Shown here in pieces: positions 41,196 through 53,697 of a DNA stretch of 64,000 bases. The position numbers and the translations under genes are program-made. The stretch is from Psilocybe cubensis (Eukaryota): assembly GCA_017499595.2 (NCBI GenBank), contig CM039006.1, positions 2,356,001 to 2,420,000 of the forward strand, in the 5' to 3' direction. The notes beneath the pieces are model-generated. The model was not told the DNA's origin and ran no database searches. It saw nothing but the letters and a program-made list of their open reading frames with translations. Each line of letters starts with the position of its first letter. Within the stretch, counting starts at the first letter, position 1.

Positions 41196-42170
41196 ATGTC
41201 CAACTTTGACGTGGATATTGGTGCAATGGACAAAGTGATATTCAGACTCCAAGGCATAGTTAGCGACAAGATGCTACCACCAATGGCAAAGCCTGCTTTG
41301 TACGTCCACTCCATTGAGGTGAATTAATTACAAATGAGGACTGTTACAGCCGCGACAGAACGGTCAAGCAACAACCATATTTACGTACCGCCATTGCTAT
41401 CACGGGACTCGGAGACATTGTGTTCAATAAGGTGATGGAAAAGCTAGAAGAAGTTTTCCTCCGTTTTGCAAACAATTTTCCCGCGGACAGCGTCAGCGGC
41501 TATGACTCAGTTCTTCACAAAAACACGGGTTTCAATGTTTTCCATGCGCATAGGCAATATTTCACGAAGGTATCCGCATATCAAGACAAATCTGACAACA
41601 TAGGTTTTCATCCCCTGGTCGACCCTGATAACGTGTTGGCGTCCATGGTAGGGGACAGTTTCATCCACGCAATCGATAACAAGGTACAGTTTCTTCGTCG
41701 GGAGATACTTCCTGACGGAACAGCCAGGTATGTTTAGAAAATACCAACAACACATCACAACCAAACTAATATCATGTTGCAACAGATATTATTCTTATAA
41801 TCCTGCCTCCATACGAATTGGAGACATTGTCAAGATCAGTGTTGCCTTTGTCGCATTTCCTGCCCAAGGAAACAAGTACAAATTTGTTGTCGCTCTTCGC
41901 GGAATACTTGTCTTGGACCAGGAGGCAAGAGAGGTAAGCAATGTTACATTGAACAGTCTCATAGCCATTCATAACTTCCAACAGAAAGCTGATATTCTCA
42001 GAATGCGGTCGCGCTATACTCCAGCAAAAAGACAGGTTGCTGTTTTGTGTAGGACAAAGAGGCAGCTGTACAAAGGTCAGATTGACATTGAAGACACGCA
42101 ACAGAGGATGGCACATATGCGCTTAAATGAGGACACAGTCCACAATAGCAATACTATGTCCCAAGATTAA
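41196..42170 (+). CDS. Element cargo gene of unknown function, about 4 exons
   Basis: Exons VIFRLQGIVSDKMLPP / LRTAIAITGLG..F / NPASIRIGDIVKISVAFVAFP..KFVVALRGILVLD, joined by GT-AG introns. A beta-rich fold is inferred only. Confidence 0.6.
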
Positions 42171-42316
42171 TACATATGTACATAGAAAGACAAGGATATC
42201 ATAAATGTGCTGAACGAACAATCAATCCATTTGCGTGAACATTGTAAATAACAAGGAATAATTTGTCAAGTCATTTTCATGACAGAAATTATCTGAAGGT
42301 GTTAGTTGGCACCCCA

Positions 42317-42496
42317 TGGGAGAATCCTGCGTACACTGTACGCAGAATATTCCCACACTCGGCTGAATATCGGCGAGGAAGTCCGTGAGAGAATTCTGCG
42401 TACACTGTACGCAGAATATTCCCACACTCGGCTGAATATTGGGAGAGGTTGACCGTGGGAATATTCTGCGTACACTGTACGCAGGATATTCCCACG
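42317..42496. repeat. Three tandem copies of a ~41-bp palindrome (GTGGGAATATTCTGCGTACA-C-TGTACGCAGGATATTCCCAC)
   Basis: Copies start near 42317, 42385 and 42455, between the convergent 3' ends of the two cargo genes. Related copies at ~44317 and ~44553. Confidence 0.9.
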
Positions 42497-42576
42497 CTCA
42501 TCCGCAAGTCAAACTTACAAATTAAGACAAAAAGAATGAGGACGAGAACACAAGTTTATTTCGAACAAAAATTTGA

Positions 42577-45548
42577 CTAAGGATGGAAGAAATTACAAAT
42601 ATCCATTCCACAAGAGGCTTTGTGGTTGAGGGCGATGCAACCAAAAAATATCTGCCTTTCTGGATAGCAAATACAAAACAGTTGCATGTACACGGTCATC
42701 TTTTTGCCTACATTACAGGAATTAAATTGACAAATACTAAAACTCAAGAGCACACACCTTATACCCCTTTCCCAGGATTTGATAGCTTTTTTGACACACT
42801 TGTGTAATTGGTAAACATCTGCCGCTGTGTAGTAAAAATCTAATGCGATACCGCTGATGCGACGGACACCAAAATGCAAACAATCAAATTCATTGAGCAA
42901 CAATGCCCACGAATTGGCTTCAACAAAGGAAGTCTGATTTGCTTTGGGTAAAAGAGGCAAAGAATAAACCCAACAATGCCTGTTGCCAACCCGTCTAATC
43001 CCAGGAGAGAACAACTCTGGATAAGGATCGTAATCCAGCACAACAAGAACATGACCACGAGATGAACTATACCCAACATTTACGTTGTCCCTGATAGACT
43101 GTATCCTGCTTTGGATATGGCGGTCCATTTTCAAAGTTTGCGATGGAATGGAAAGAACAAATTTCAAGCCACGGGAATGATATTTTGCAAGAAATTTTTG
43201 CGCGCGCTTGAGGTTGGCAGAAGGTTGCAACAGAGAGACTTGATGTCCAAAGGTAGCATTTGGATACAAGCTGTACACCTTCTCAAAGGTAACAAAATTC
43301 ATGACGGCGGCTGCAGTAGAACAAAATTGAAGTTAACATTGTTTTGACACATGACATTGGGGACATACTGCTATGATACCCCAAAATGCACTCTACCACC
43401 GATTGACAAGTCGTAATCAGTTGGACAAAAGAATCTTGGCACCATAGGTTAACGACCACTCCAGTGGTATTGTAATGTTGATGAAGAGGATGTTTCTGAA
43501 GGACGATTTTTTCCATTTTCAAAATTTTTTCCGCTGTGGTGTTGTCCGGATATTTGGGATGCGGCATGATAGTAAATCCAATGGACATCATCCAGGAAAG
43601 AACGGGAAGAGCATATCTGTGCTCGACATACATGTTCATGTCACCCGGAATCCATATATTAGCACGATTGATTACGAAACTTTATGTAAGTAAAGCGAGT
43701 TCTTTTATCCCCACAACCCACTGTACAAAAATATGTCCTTGCCAATTGTCCCCATCAGTAAATCATTGATGCCATCAAAATTGCGTGATTAATACCAGTT
43801 TTTTACTTAACCGGTATGCTTGACTTAATAATTGGTTACTATCATAGAATTTCTGTTAGTTTTTGTTCCTACCAAGGGGATATGGAAATTAAAATACTAG
43901 ATATTAGCTAGGTAGATAGGTTAGCTGCCATATGGTAAAAAACAAAATTAGATACCATTACATTATGACTTTTTAATTGCAAGTTAAACATTTTGACGCA
44001 GATAATCATCGCTCATAACCAAAAATTTTATAATAATGACCTCATTCAACTGATTTAAGGCCATTAATTAGTCACAATCAATTACATACCAACTGTTTTG
44101 CATGCTTTATACACCTCTAACGGCAAGTAGAGGTAAATAGAATGCTTTATTGTTATCAAAAAAAATTTAGCATGAATGACTAGCAGACTGTGGTGGCATA
44201 GAATAAAGAATAATAAACATTATGTATCTAGCTATTATCTTTAATGCCACTTCAAATAACTTGTCATATTAAACTTGTTGTGCTGTTCATACTGGCCATG
44301 AATTAATAAGCAGACTGTGGGAATAACTTGCATATAGTGTATGCAAGTTATTCTCACGGTTGTCGCACTTTGCATTGAGCAACTTGAACTTCTCTGGTAA
44401 TTCCTGATATATTACTGAGATGCATTGCATATACTTTAGGTAAAATACAAGTATTTTTGGCAATAATAATTATTTTCAGTCCTAGTTTAGATGATCTTAT
44501 TATATTTTACTTGCTGTGGTGTTTGTACTGGCCGTGAATTAATAAGCAGGTCGTGGGAATATCCTGCGCACACTGTACGCAGGATATTCCCACGGTCACT
44601 ACACTCAATTTGCATTGAGCACTGGCCACTTTGGTCAAGAGATGGTCATTTTGAATAATGTTTTCCATGCATTGAATGTATTTTGGGGAAGAAATAATGC
44701 ACTAACACTTGCAAATTATGCTTGAAATATGTTTCCACACAGCCAATTGTGTTCACAGCAACATCAAACTATGCCAAAAAGAAATATGCGCACCAAACAA
44801 ATGTTTTTGCACACAATATTGTTTCACTCTTGATGCACTTTTCAAAAATAAGAAAATTATATTTATGGGAAATATGTCCCCACTTGGGCAGCCATACACA
44901 TGAGCATTCTTCCATCAGTTTTCCATACGGGATTCTCCCAGCAGATCTGGAATTCTTCAATATTTAGCAGGTATGAAAATTATAATAGACAAGTTCTTCC
45001 TTACAATTAGGCCTTATAACCTGTGCAGCTATTTTTTGTGTCTGACACAACTAAGCTTGTAGTAGACCTAAGTCATAGTAATTAATCATAACCTTGCCCA
45101 GTATCTGGCTGTGCATTCAGAACATATTAATATATATTAACTATGTTATATAAATCTAGATTAAAAAATATTTTATACAATTGTGAGATGTAAAGTCTTG
45201 TCATGCCATGCTTTGCGTTGGACCACTAAAAAAAGTAAAATGCAAAACGGTGGAACCTGAAATAACCAGGCCAGTCTTGAACTGGAGAAGACGAAACAGC
45301 AAATGTTCATTGGGTTTGAAGATAGGAGCAAATAAATTTTTGGGACGGAAGGCGCGGCACATATAGCCCGAAACGCGGTCGTTTAGCTTCTTGCAAGTCC
45401 AAGAGAAACGGTAGAGGGTTTTCAGATCCATCTGATCCATGTACACATCGTCTATGGGAGGCGGAAAGACTCTAAAAAATAAGTAATAACCAAATGAGAT
45501 AAAACAGTGAACATACTGTTGGAAACGGGGGGATAACGCGGAAGCCAT
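42577..45548 (-). pseudogene. F-box-like plus pol-beta-type nucleotidyltransferase-like gene, interrupted by a nested element
   Basis: Removing 43673-45236 gives an in-frame ..TGLVISGSTVLHF^INRANIWIPGDMNMYVEH.. (hGS...DhD-like, second Asp is Asn). An F-box-like MDQMDLKTLYRFSWTCKKL precedes it. Downstream: VQLIT..VVECILGYHS..MNFVT..YSLYP..KYHSRG. Confidence 0.7.
43673..45236 (+). mobile_element. Nested, inverted, AT-rich 1.56-kb relative of the 41096-46218 element
   Basis: Its first ~105 bp match the reverse complement of 46113-46218 and its last ~47 bp match the reverse complement of 41096-41143. It shares the internal palindrome, has no target duplication, and excising it restores the host reading frame. 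Confidence 0.85.
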
Positions 45549-47329
45549 GGGTAAAACAGTGCGGAGAAAAGTGCATTGTCTATACTACGTCAATAAATAT
45601 ATTAACCGTAAGCCAATAGACGCCCGACGTAGGGGAAGAACAAATTGGTATGCGTGAGAAACGATCCTGAATCAGAAAATCAAATTCAAATAGTACAGAA
45701 CGCCCAGAACCCAAGAACGCGTAATTATTTCTATTTGAACTCTGATTGATGAAGCTACCGATATCAAGGAACGTGTGTGCCTGCACAGTTCTATTTCCAA
45801 CCTTTCAGACCCATAGTTCAAAGAGTGCATTTGTTCCATCTCTAAGTATTAGTACAATATATAAGCACGTTGGCTAGACGGTTCCACATGGTTTTAAAAA
45901 TTAAACAACAACGCAAAAAAGTGAATTGAGTAGGACTATTGTTGTTGGGTATAATTAATTTTATGGAAACGCACATTCACATTGCAATCAAAACAAATCA
46001 AAAACAACCTTTAAAGTAACCAATGGTAAAAAGAAGTCGTAGAATGAATTGGAAAGGGGTTGCTTAGGGGGTCCGGTGACCGCTTAAGGAAAATACCGAT
46101 AGCGGTAACGACATTGATCGCATCAATAATATTTTGATGGGGACAATTGGCGAGGACATTTTTGCTTGCTGGGTTGTGGGGATAAAAGAACTCATCTTTA
46201 CTTACGTAAAGACTCGTAACCGAAGAGACGTATCCAGTGGGTTCTTTCTTTCATAACCTGTCTCAAGACAATGAGCTTCGCCCCCCAGCTGACCATTAAT
46301 GTCCGTCATTTCTTCACTAGGGCTGCCTCGAAGACACGGAGTTTTCAACGACCAACCAATTGCGAAGAAAGGGTCCCCAACTTCTCTCTGTCTCCTGCAT
46401 ATTTGTTGTCACTTCTTGATGGAAACCACACCTATCTCGTTCTCTCGAGAGACTTCACTGATATCAATCGATGGATACAAGCATTACAAGCATTGGAGCG
46501 TCAGAGATAACCTAAGAGTTGAATATCCGTTCAACCCAGCATCGCTGTAGGTACATAACTCCTGAAAGAAACTAAGTATCTCGTGAGTCTCAGCCGAATG
46601 GAAACAAGGGCTATGTTATATTAACCTAAGTATCTCGTGAGTCTACAAAGTATGTCAGTTATATTCTACGAACAAGAGACAACTGCATTTACCTCAGCCA
46701 AATGGAAACAAGGGCTGAGGTACAAACGACGAGACGAGTCACTATATGTGAGGAATGAAAATGAGGAAGCTGATGAGAGAATCAAAGGAAGGTGATGCGT
46801 TGAATAGCTAAAGGAAAGAAAGGTGCTGAGTGCAGCAGATGAACAGGGGTTGCAGGACCGGTGATCCGAGTACAAATAAGGAAGGTATGAGTACAAAAGT
46901 GGAAAGGGGAAAAAGCGAGTAAAATGGATGAAGAAAATAAATCTCATATTCCAACAACTCCCCTCACTAATCACGGTCAGCATGTCAATAGAACGCTTAG
47001 CTCTGGATTTTGATGGCAGCGAATAATCTATCTCTGGAGCCGACTAGAAGATCCCAAACCATGGAAGGGCTCTTTCACGGCATTGTCGCCATGCATTCTT
47101 CAATTCTCAATATGCATTCGTTAATGTGCTGATATTCTTATCCCCTCTTCTCGACGACCCTTTTCTCAGGTCGATTCGGAATACGAGACGGAATGTCCCG
47201 ATCTACCATCTATATAACCTCAATACCTGTCTGCAAAATGCTCAGCCGTCTCACCACAACAAACACAACGCAGTAGGTATGTTTCTCTTCTCACTTATAC
47301 ACTTGGCTTACGGTTTGTCCCAATAGTCA

Positions 47330-48704
47330 ATGGTACACCAAACAGCACTCACTCACTAAGTGGATGGCTTCCATCAAGCCGCGAAGTCTACAAGGCTTTC
47401 ACTGACAATCTAAACAAGCGAGCTTACGATGGGACTGACCAAGGGAAACCACTCAGACCACCCGTCTCCGCTTTTAAAAATGCCATAAACTCTGACACCG
47501 TCATGTCGAGTTTGATGGACAAGATATTCGTACAAGCATCCTCGAAAAATGAGGTTCGTTCTCCGAGTTTACGACTGATCATATCCACCATATAAGTATT
47601 GAAATTTGGGTATTTTCGATCTAGGTCAAAGATTTCGACCATTTGTTAAGACTATTAAACGAGATTGTCGACGCCGCTCCTGAGTTCTGTGTTGTACCGG
47701 GACGCGAAGGAGAACCTATCGGTGTTCCAATGTATGTGCTTTTCGACTTGCTCAGCAACACTGGTGCTGCGTATGATTTATTCCGCATGACCGCTTTCAA
47801 TGCCGCCTTGAAAAATCTTCTCAAGCATGGGGTGCCTATCTCAAGTCCGATGGTTCAAATAATACCCTCACGGCCGAGCCTAATGGTTGGTTTGGGGAGC
47901 TTGGCCTCCGATCACTTGAACAAGACCGCGGCGACTTTGATGCAAACTATATTACCCCTGATCCTACTGCTGTCAACCGCGGATACAAGTCCTGGGACGA
48001 ATTCTTCACTCGGAAATTTCGGGACGGCGTTCGCCCTATTGAGGAATCGCCGTATCCCAACAAGATTGTCATCCACAATGCCTGCGAGTCCACTCCTTAT
48101 TACGTACCATCGTCATCAGACAGTGTTAAGGCGCATGATCAGTTCAGGCCAACCTTACTCGCTCTGGGACATGTTTGACATTGGACCCGATCGCGAGTAC
48201 TACGTTAAAAAATTCGAAGGCGGCAAAGTATATCAAGCATTCCTCTCACCTCAAGACTACCACCGCTGGCATAGCCCTATCCATGGCACGATTGTGAAAA
48301 CATTTATTCTCCCCGGCACATACTACGCCGCCCTTCCAGACGAGGGTGTAAAGAAAGACAACGGTGAACGGAGTTATGCTGGAGCCTTGATCCGTTCGCA
48401 GGCCTGGCTCACTACGCACGCTACACGCGCAATCATCTTCATCGAAGCCGACGACACAGATATTGGTCTCGTGTGCTTCATTGGCGTGGGCATGGCAGAG
48501 GTGTCTACGTGTGATGTAACCGTCAAGGAACAACAGAAAGTTAAACCCGGCGACGAGCTCGGGATGTTCCATTTCGGCGGCTCATCCCACACCTTGATCT
48601 TCGGCCCCAACGTCAACATAAAGTTTTTTGCCAGCGTGAATAAACACGCTTGGATAAATTCCCCCATTGCTATAGTCACCAAGAAACCTAATGCTGACAA
48701 TTAG
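47330..48704 (+). pseudogene. Second PsiD-like decarboxylase copy, disrupted
   Basis: Collinear with 39104-40500, but has TAA at codon 10 (47357-47359) with a 1-nt loss, a 1-nt deletion at ~47823 and an 8-nt deletion at ~48146. The C-terminal half with FHFGGSS is still open. Confidence 0.85.
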
Positions 48705-49568
48705 ATTTCTCTAAATGTCCGATTCGAACGTGTTGGACAATAAGCTCTACATTTAACGTTTCTCCCAGTCCATGTGTTACATACTCATACGCAAAAAACC
48801 ATTGTACTACATATTTTCTCCTGCTGTATCAATGCCATCCAAATAATCCTTTGAGTTTGTGTGACCAGGTGTCGGGGGCACTATGCGACAAGTGATATTG
48901 CTCTCACAACCTGATCATGTCTATATTTCAGATCTGTGTCTTTGCACAAAAGACAGGCCACATGTACGTGTTGCCTCTATCGTTGCTTCTCCTATCGTCC
49001 TTTACTAGGCTTCTATGCATCCAAAACTATTCTTGATCTACTCCTATCATAATTCGTCTCCTGATCAAGCCATTATCCATCGACATAGCTTACAGGGTCT
49101 GATATTCTCCGTTGATCCGCACTTAAGCGCCCATGTAACCTTTACGGCGCTGCTATTTGTTCGTTCGCCTGCCCAATGCTGCGGTGTTCAATACCTTTTT
49201 GTTATCAATCGTCTTCGAAGTTTTGACTCAATATTCCATATCCATAGGCTCATCCCCTTCATTAGTGCACTTGATCCCGGCAGTTTTCGGCTACAATGCG
49301 ACAGTAAAACAGCACAGTCGCCGATCAATCCCATACCCCAAGACTGATATCAGTCACGTCCTTCGAGATTTCATGCTAACCGTAAACTTTCATTCAAATT
49401 GTTATTTCTATGACATCCCTGCAAAATCTCAAGTATTTTTTTTTCTTTCATTTTTTATCGCCCTAAACTTTATGGGGATATTCGAGCACCTCAAAAAATT
49501 TGTTTCGATTTGTTGTGCCATTGGCAGGAGGTTTGTTCACAGGCCTACTTTGTCAAGCTATGCACGGT

Positions 49569-50270
49569 TCAGCCAATGCTGTTAATAATAATATAAAATA
49601 TGACTCACTAGTTCACGGAGACGCCGACGACAGTGTCATGGAAGTCGGTATCGCCACCGTCCTCAGCGTGAACCTAAAAAAGAGTCGTTAATATCTCATT
49701 GTCGGGACTCATGAACACTTATTTTACCATGGTAAAGGTTATGGCGTTCTTTCCACCAATTTGGAACGATTCCTTTTGATTCCAATCAGCTAGAGTACAT
49801 TCAATACAATAGCATAACTTACGAAGGTGTACTTCGGCTCGCTTGGTTTGAAGCTGGAATCCCCGGGTGCCTTGTGGGAGCAGTAGATGGCGATATAGCG
49901 ATCCTCCGTGTAAGGACCAAGACTAAAGACATTTGGGTCCAGTGGCTTAGCGCTTGTAGGCTGAACTGCAGTAACGTTGAAACGGGAGCCATCCTTATTA
50001 GCATCCCAGAGGACTTGAGGGTCCTCAACAAAGTTGGTGTCAGAATCGGTTAGGTAGGTATTGAAACGTTGAGGCCATTCAGCAATCATTTGCTGGACGA
50101 AGAGTTAGTCAGTAATGCCACCCAAATTTAGTCTATATAGACGTTACCCCAAAGATGACTCCGACAGTGTTCTTGGGGAAAGGGACGAGGACGACATCCG
50201 CATCGCTGGGGCCATCGCGTGCAGACAAGTCGATCTTTTTGATTTGAGATTGGCTAGCAAGTGCAGGCAT
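49569..50270 (-). CDS. LecB/PA-IIL-like calcium-dependent lectin, copy A (about 5 exons)
   Basis: Spliced C-terminus ..ITFTM^VHAEDGGDTDFHDTVVGVSVNYIG* resembles LecB GSEDGTDNDYNDAVVVINWPLG*. N-terminal VLVPFPKNTVGVIFG. No signal peptide. Confidence 0.7.
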
Positions 50271-51859
50271 GTTGATGATGAGGCTTCAGAGTTCACTGAT
50301 ACTACATCGAAGACCAGTCGAGGGGTTTTATACGCCTACGCTCCGGCTTTATTTTGTTTAATCGTAATAAATCTATTTTTATTTTACAAGTTTATAAATG
50401 ATGTGAAGGTGTTTTCAGGCCCGTGTCATAAGCAGGATAGTTTCTATAGACTCCTGAACATTTTAGAAACATATAATGAAGGGTTCAATACAATTCTAGA
50501 CGTAACCTAAAATTTTCTGTCAGCGTATCCAATTTCTGTGGTGAAGATAGGTTGACTCTAGAACCTTCGAGGTTTGTGATCATTCCCTTTATGACAAGAG
50601 AGCATCAGCTTGCTGGCGCGACCTCAGGGAGGTCTGAATGGAAAAGATCAGCCGATCCAGGTTGTGCTCTGCCCCCGCAACGATGGAAAATAATTTTATG
50701 ATCCCCGACATATCACAAAACTGGTATTAAAACAAACATTCCACATCACAATGAGCTTGTAATGCATCAGAAATACTTCTATGGCATCTTGTACAGTTAG
50801 TCCTTTGCAAAATACAAGATATCGATAAGAAATAAAAATATAAAGTCCCTGATTGTCTATTTCCATTATCGATTATCATATAATGGCTCGGTGATCAAGA
50901 AAATCGACCTTGTGTAAGACTCAGGGTCCAAAGGTCATCATGAGACATCCATTGGGCGACGATGCCTACCTTGTGATCTATAGTTTTGAACTTCGAACGT
51001 CCAGGGTATAGGGTTTCCTTGGAAAATAAACTATGTGACAGGCAGTTCAAGAGTTTTTGGGGCAGACCAGCGAATTGATATTGAATTCCCAATGCCCAGA
51101 TGGCTGTCAATTCACGACAGGATATGGACCCGAAGGAATGATTTCTACCCTAGTGGTGTATGAACGTAAATATCAGCCTTTACACAGAAGCGAATCGCAA
51201 AGATACGGGTCAACAGAAAGTGATTTTAACTGAACGAGTCTCGGGATGTTGATCTTGGGTCATCCTCTGACGGGCCATTCAGGGAAATAAGAAAGAAACA
51301 TCATGAGATTTGACGTTCGCTGATTAAACGGACAGATCGCTACGAATGTTATCTTGATTGTTTTCAATGCCAAAGAAGGCTCAAGGTTAAATGACTTCAA
51401 TACTCATAATATTTTGTTGGAGTAGAAACTTGACATTGTGCACATAATTTATAGCTGTGTGGTATCCGGAAGGTTATGGGCGGCAATCAGGAACAATCCA
51501 TCCAAAATAAGCGCCGACGAGCCTGGGACGTTTGTTGCTTCACTTTTAACTCATCTCACCATCTACAATAGTTATAGAATATTCAGGTAAATATAATCCC
51601 GGATTGTCGACGACGAGCATGCCAGTGTTGTTCAATAATGTGATGAATAGATCTCCTGTCATAGCTAAATTAATCAAGTTCCAGCGTCTCAATTTCAGCG
51701 ATCCAGTTTTAAACCACAGGCACAAAAAGTTCATTTGTTATTTAATCACATTTTCTGGAATTTACAAGTACAGATTTTCTCCCCATTTTCACAGCTTGAT
51801 CGACACTCGGATACGTTGGAGATTCGTTTGTGTTTCAGTTTACCACGAGTTTCGCAGCG

Positions 51860-52606
51860 TTACTTGGTCATGCTATAGACATTGAGTTAGGCAGTGAATT
51901 TGAATATCCAGATTTACAAAATGTATGACTCACAAGTTGACAGCAACTCCAACAACAGTGTCATGGTAATCAGTGTCACCTCCGTCTTCGGCATTGATCT
52001 GCAGATAAGAACAATCAATTATAGGCCCGAATTGCTGGAAAATAACAGGCTTGACCATGGTGAAAGTAATGGCGTTCTTTCCGCCAATCTTGAATGCATT
52101 CTTCAAGAATCTATTAGCGATATTTAACTCGCCACGTAAGACTACACTTACGAAAGTGTGGCGTGGGTCACTCTGAGTGTAGCTGCTTTGTCCGGCCTTC
52201 TTGTGGGAACAATAGATTGCAATGTTTCGATCCTCGTTGTACGGACCGAGACTGAGAACATGGCTGTCCATGGGCATGGCGCTCTGCGGGACTATCTCAG
52301 TGACGTTGAAGCGGGACCCATCGGACCTGGCATCCCAAAGAACTTGGGGATCCATGACGATGTTGTCGTTGACGTCGAGGAGGTAAGTATTGAAGCGTTG
52401 AGGCCATTCTGCAATCATTTGCTGAAAAAAAAAACAGAATAAGCAAGTCTGGTCTACAGCATGAGAAAAATGTGATCATGTTTTACCCCGAAGATTACTC
52501 CGACCGTCTTCTTTGGGAGGGGGACGACGACGACCGTTGCATTGCTAGGGCCATTGCATGAAGAAAGATTGATCCTTTTGACGAGAGCTTCAGAGGAGAG
52601 AGACAT
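51860..52606 (-). CDS. LecB/PA-IIL-like calcium-dependent lectin, copy B (about 5 exons)
   Basis: Paralog of 49569-50270 with matching intron positions. C-terminus INAEDGGDTDYHDTVVGVAVNFMTK*. Confidence 0.7.
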
Positions 52607-53697
52607 GTTGATACTGAGATGTTGTTGTATACAGATTATCTGACGAAGATGCATACTTTCTCCAGCTTTTATACGTTTTCATCCTCTGGTTGAGACTTGA
52701 ACTGGTGACCTGTAAGCAATTTTCGGCTGACCGAGGACCGAAATTGCAGACTATGCAAGCAGTACAATTACTGAAAAGGTGCACAATTAGCCTTCGCCAT
52801 TGGGAAAATTTGGTTAGTTGGATACTCACTGTAATTCTGGGTATACCCTAGTTCTGTCATACACACTCAAACCCAGAGAAAATTTCGAATGCCAAAAATC
52901 ACTCCAACACTCCAACCTTTCATATTTTACTCAGCGGTAAATATACATACAGCATCAGGCTCGCACCATTGGATAACCAAAGCATCTCTCAAAGAAACTT
53001 TGGAAGGGGTTTAACTTACATCCCACGAACCCAACTGCAGATAACACAATTAAATATATAACGGTGGCGAAAATGGTAATGCACGCACCAAAAGGGGTAA
53101 AGACTTGACACGACGATTTCCACAGCCTCACATACAAGTATTCACAAGAAATTGCACGCGATAAAGAAACGTTTCGTACATTTCAATAAAATGTGTCCTT
53201 AAATCCATTTAAATATAAATGTCTTCGAACTGTCAAAGAAACAGGTTTAAACCAACCAAGGACTTCCGCACCGTCTTGCATGACACAGAACGTGTCAAGG
53301 GCAAATTAGACTCATGCACCCTCTTTTTTCCATAGGAACATCTATATATCAAATGAAATGTCTGGTTCTTCGGCCTATATTCTCTACGGCTTTCAACGGC
53401 AGGCATATTTTTGTTTCGCCTTGACCGACAGGATCGCTAATTTTGGCTATCCAGGGACGAGTCTAGAACTTGTCGTGAGATATAAGCTATTCATTGGAAA
53501 AACATAGGCTGTAAAATTGACTCTTTCTAAGATTCAGTCGAAAAGACTTAAGCTATGCTGCATCCAAAATTGGGTTGTCAATGATGTATTTCCAGTATTT
53601 CGGGCGCCATTAACCCTCTAAAGGCCTGCAGACGTTATTTTCTACGGAAGCCCATCAAACGTGTGTTACGCGTGTTTCTTTCTGCAAGTTAGTAAGG

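Larger units (their letters stand above)
41096..46218 (-). mobile_element. Non-autonomous Helentron/Helitron2-like element (5.1 kb) with two cargo genes
   Basis: Removing it restores the host repeat TCTCTAT^ACCGAA (compare 38338-38352), with no target duplication. Asymmetric 13-bp inverted repeat: ACGAGTCTTTACG at 41131-41143 and its complement at the other terminus (46205-46217). Hairpin GCCAC-8nt-GTGGC near the 3' end. No RepHel ORF seen. Confidence 0.75.

Noticed and set aside
42317-42496. CRISPR-like palindromic repeat array
   Set aside because: Eukaryotic context, only three units, the spacers share their first ~14 bp, and there are no cas genes. Better explained as an internal transposon repeat.
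43673-46218. Separate TIR transposon bounded by the ~105-bp inverted repeats at 43673 and 46218
   Set aside because: The apparent TIRs are the 5' ends of two related elements in opposite orientation, each with its own 3' end (45236 and 41096).
39104-48704. Psilocybin biosynthetic cluster (psiD)
   Set aside because: No psiK, psiH or psiM-like neighbours. The adjacent methyltransferase is the tRNA enzyme NCL1. Only family-level similarity to PsiD.
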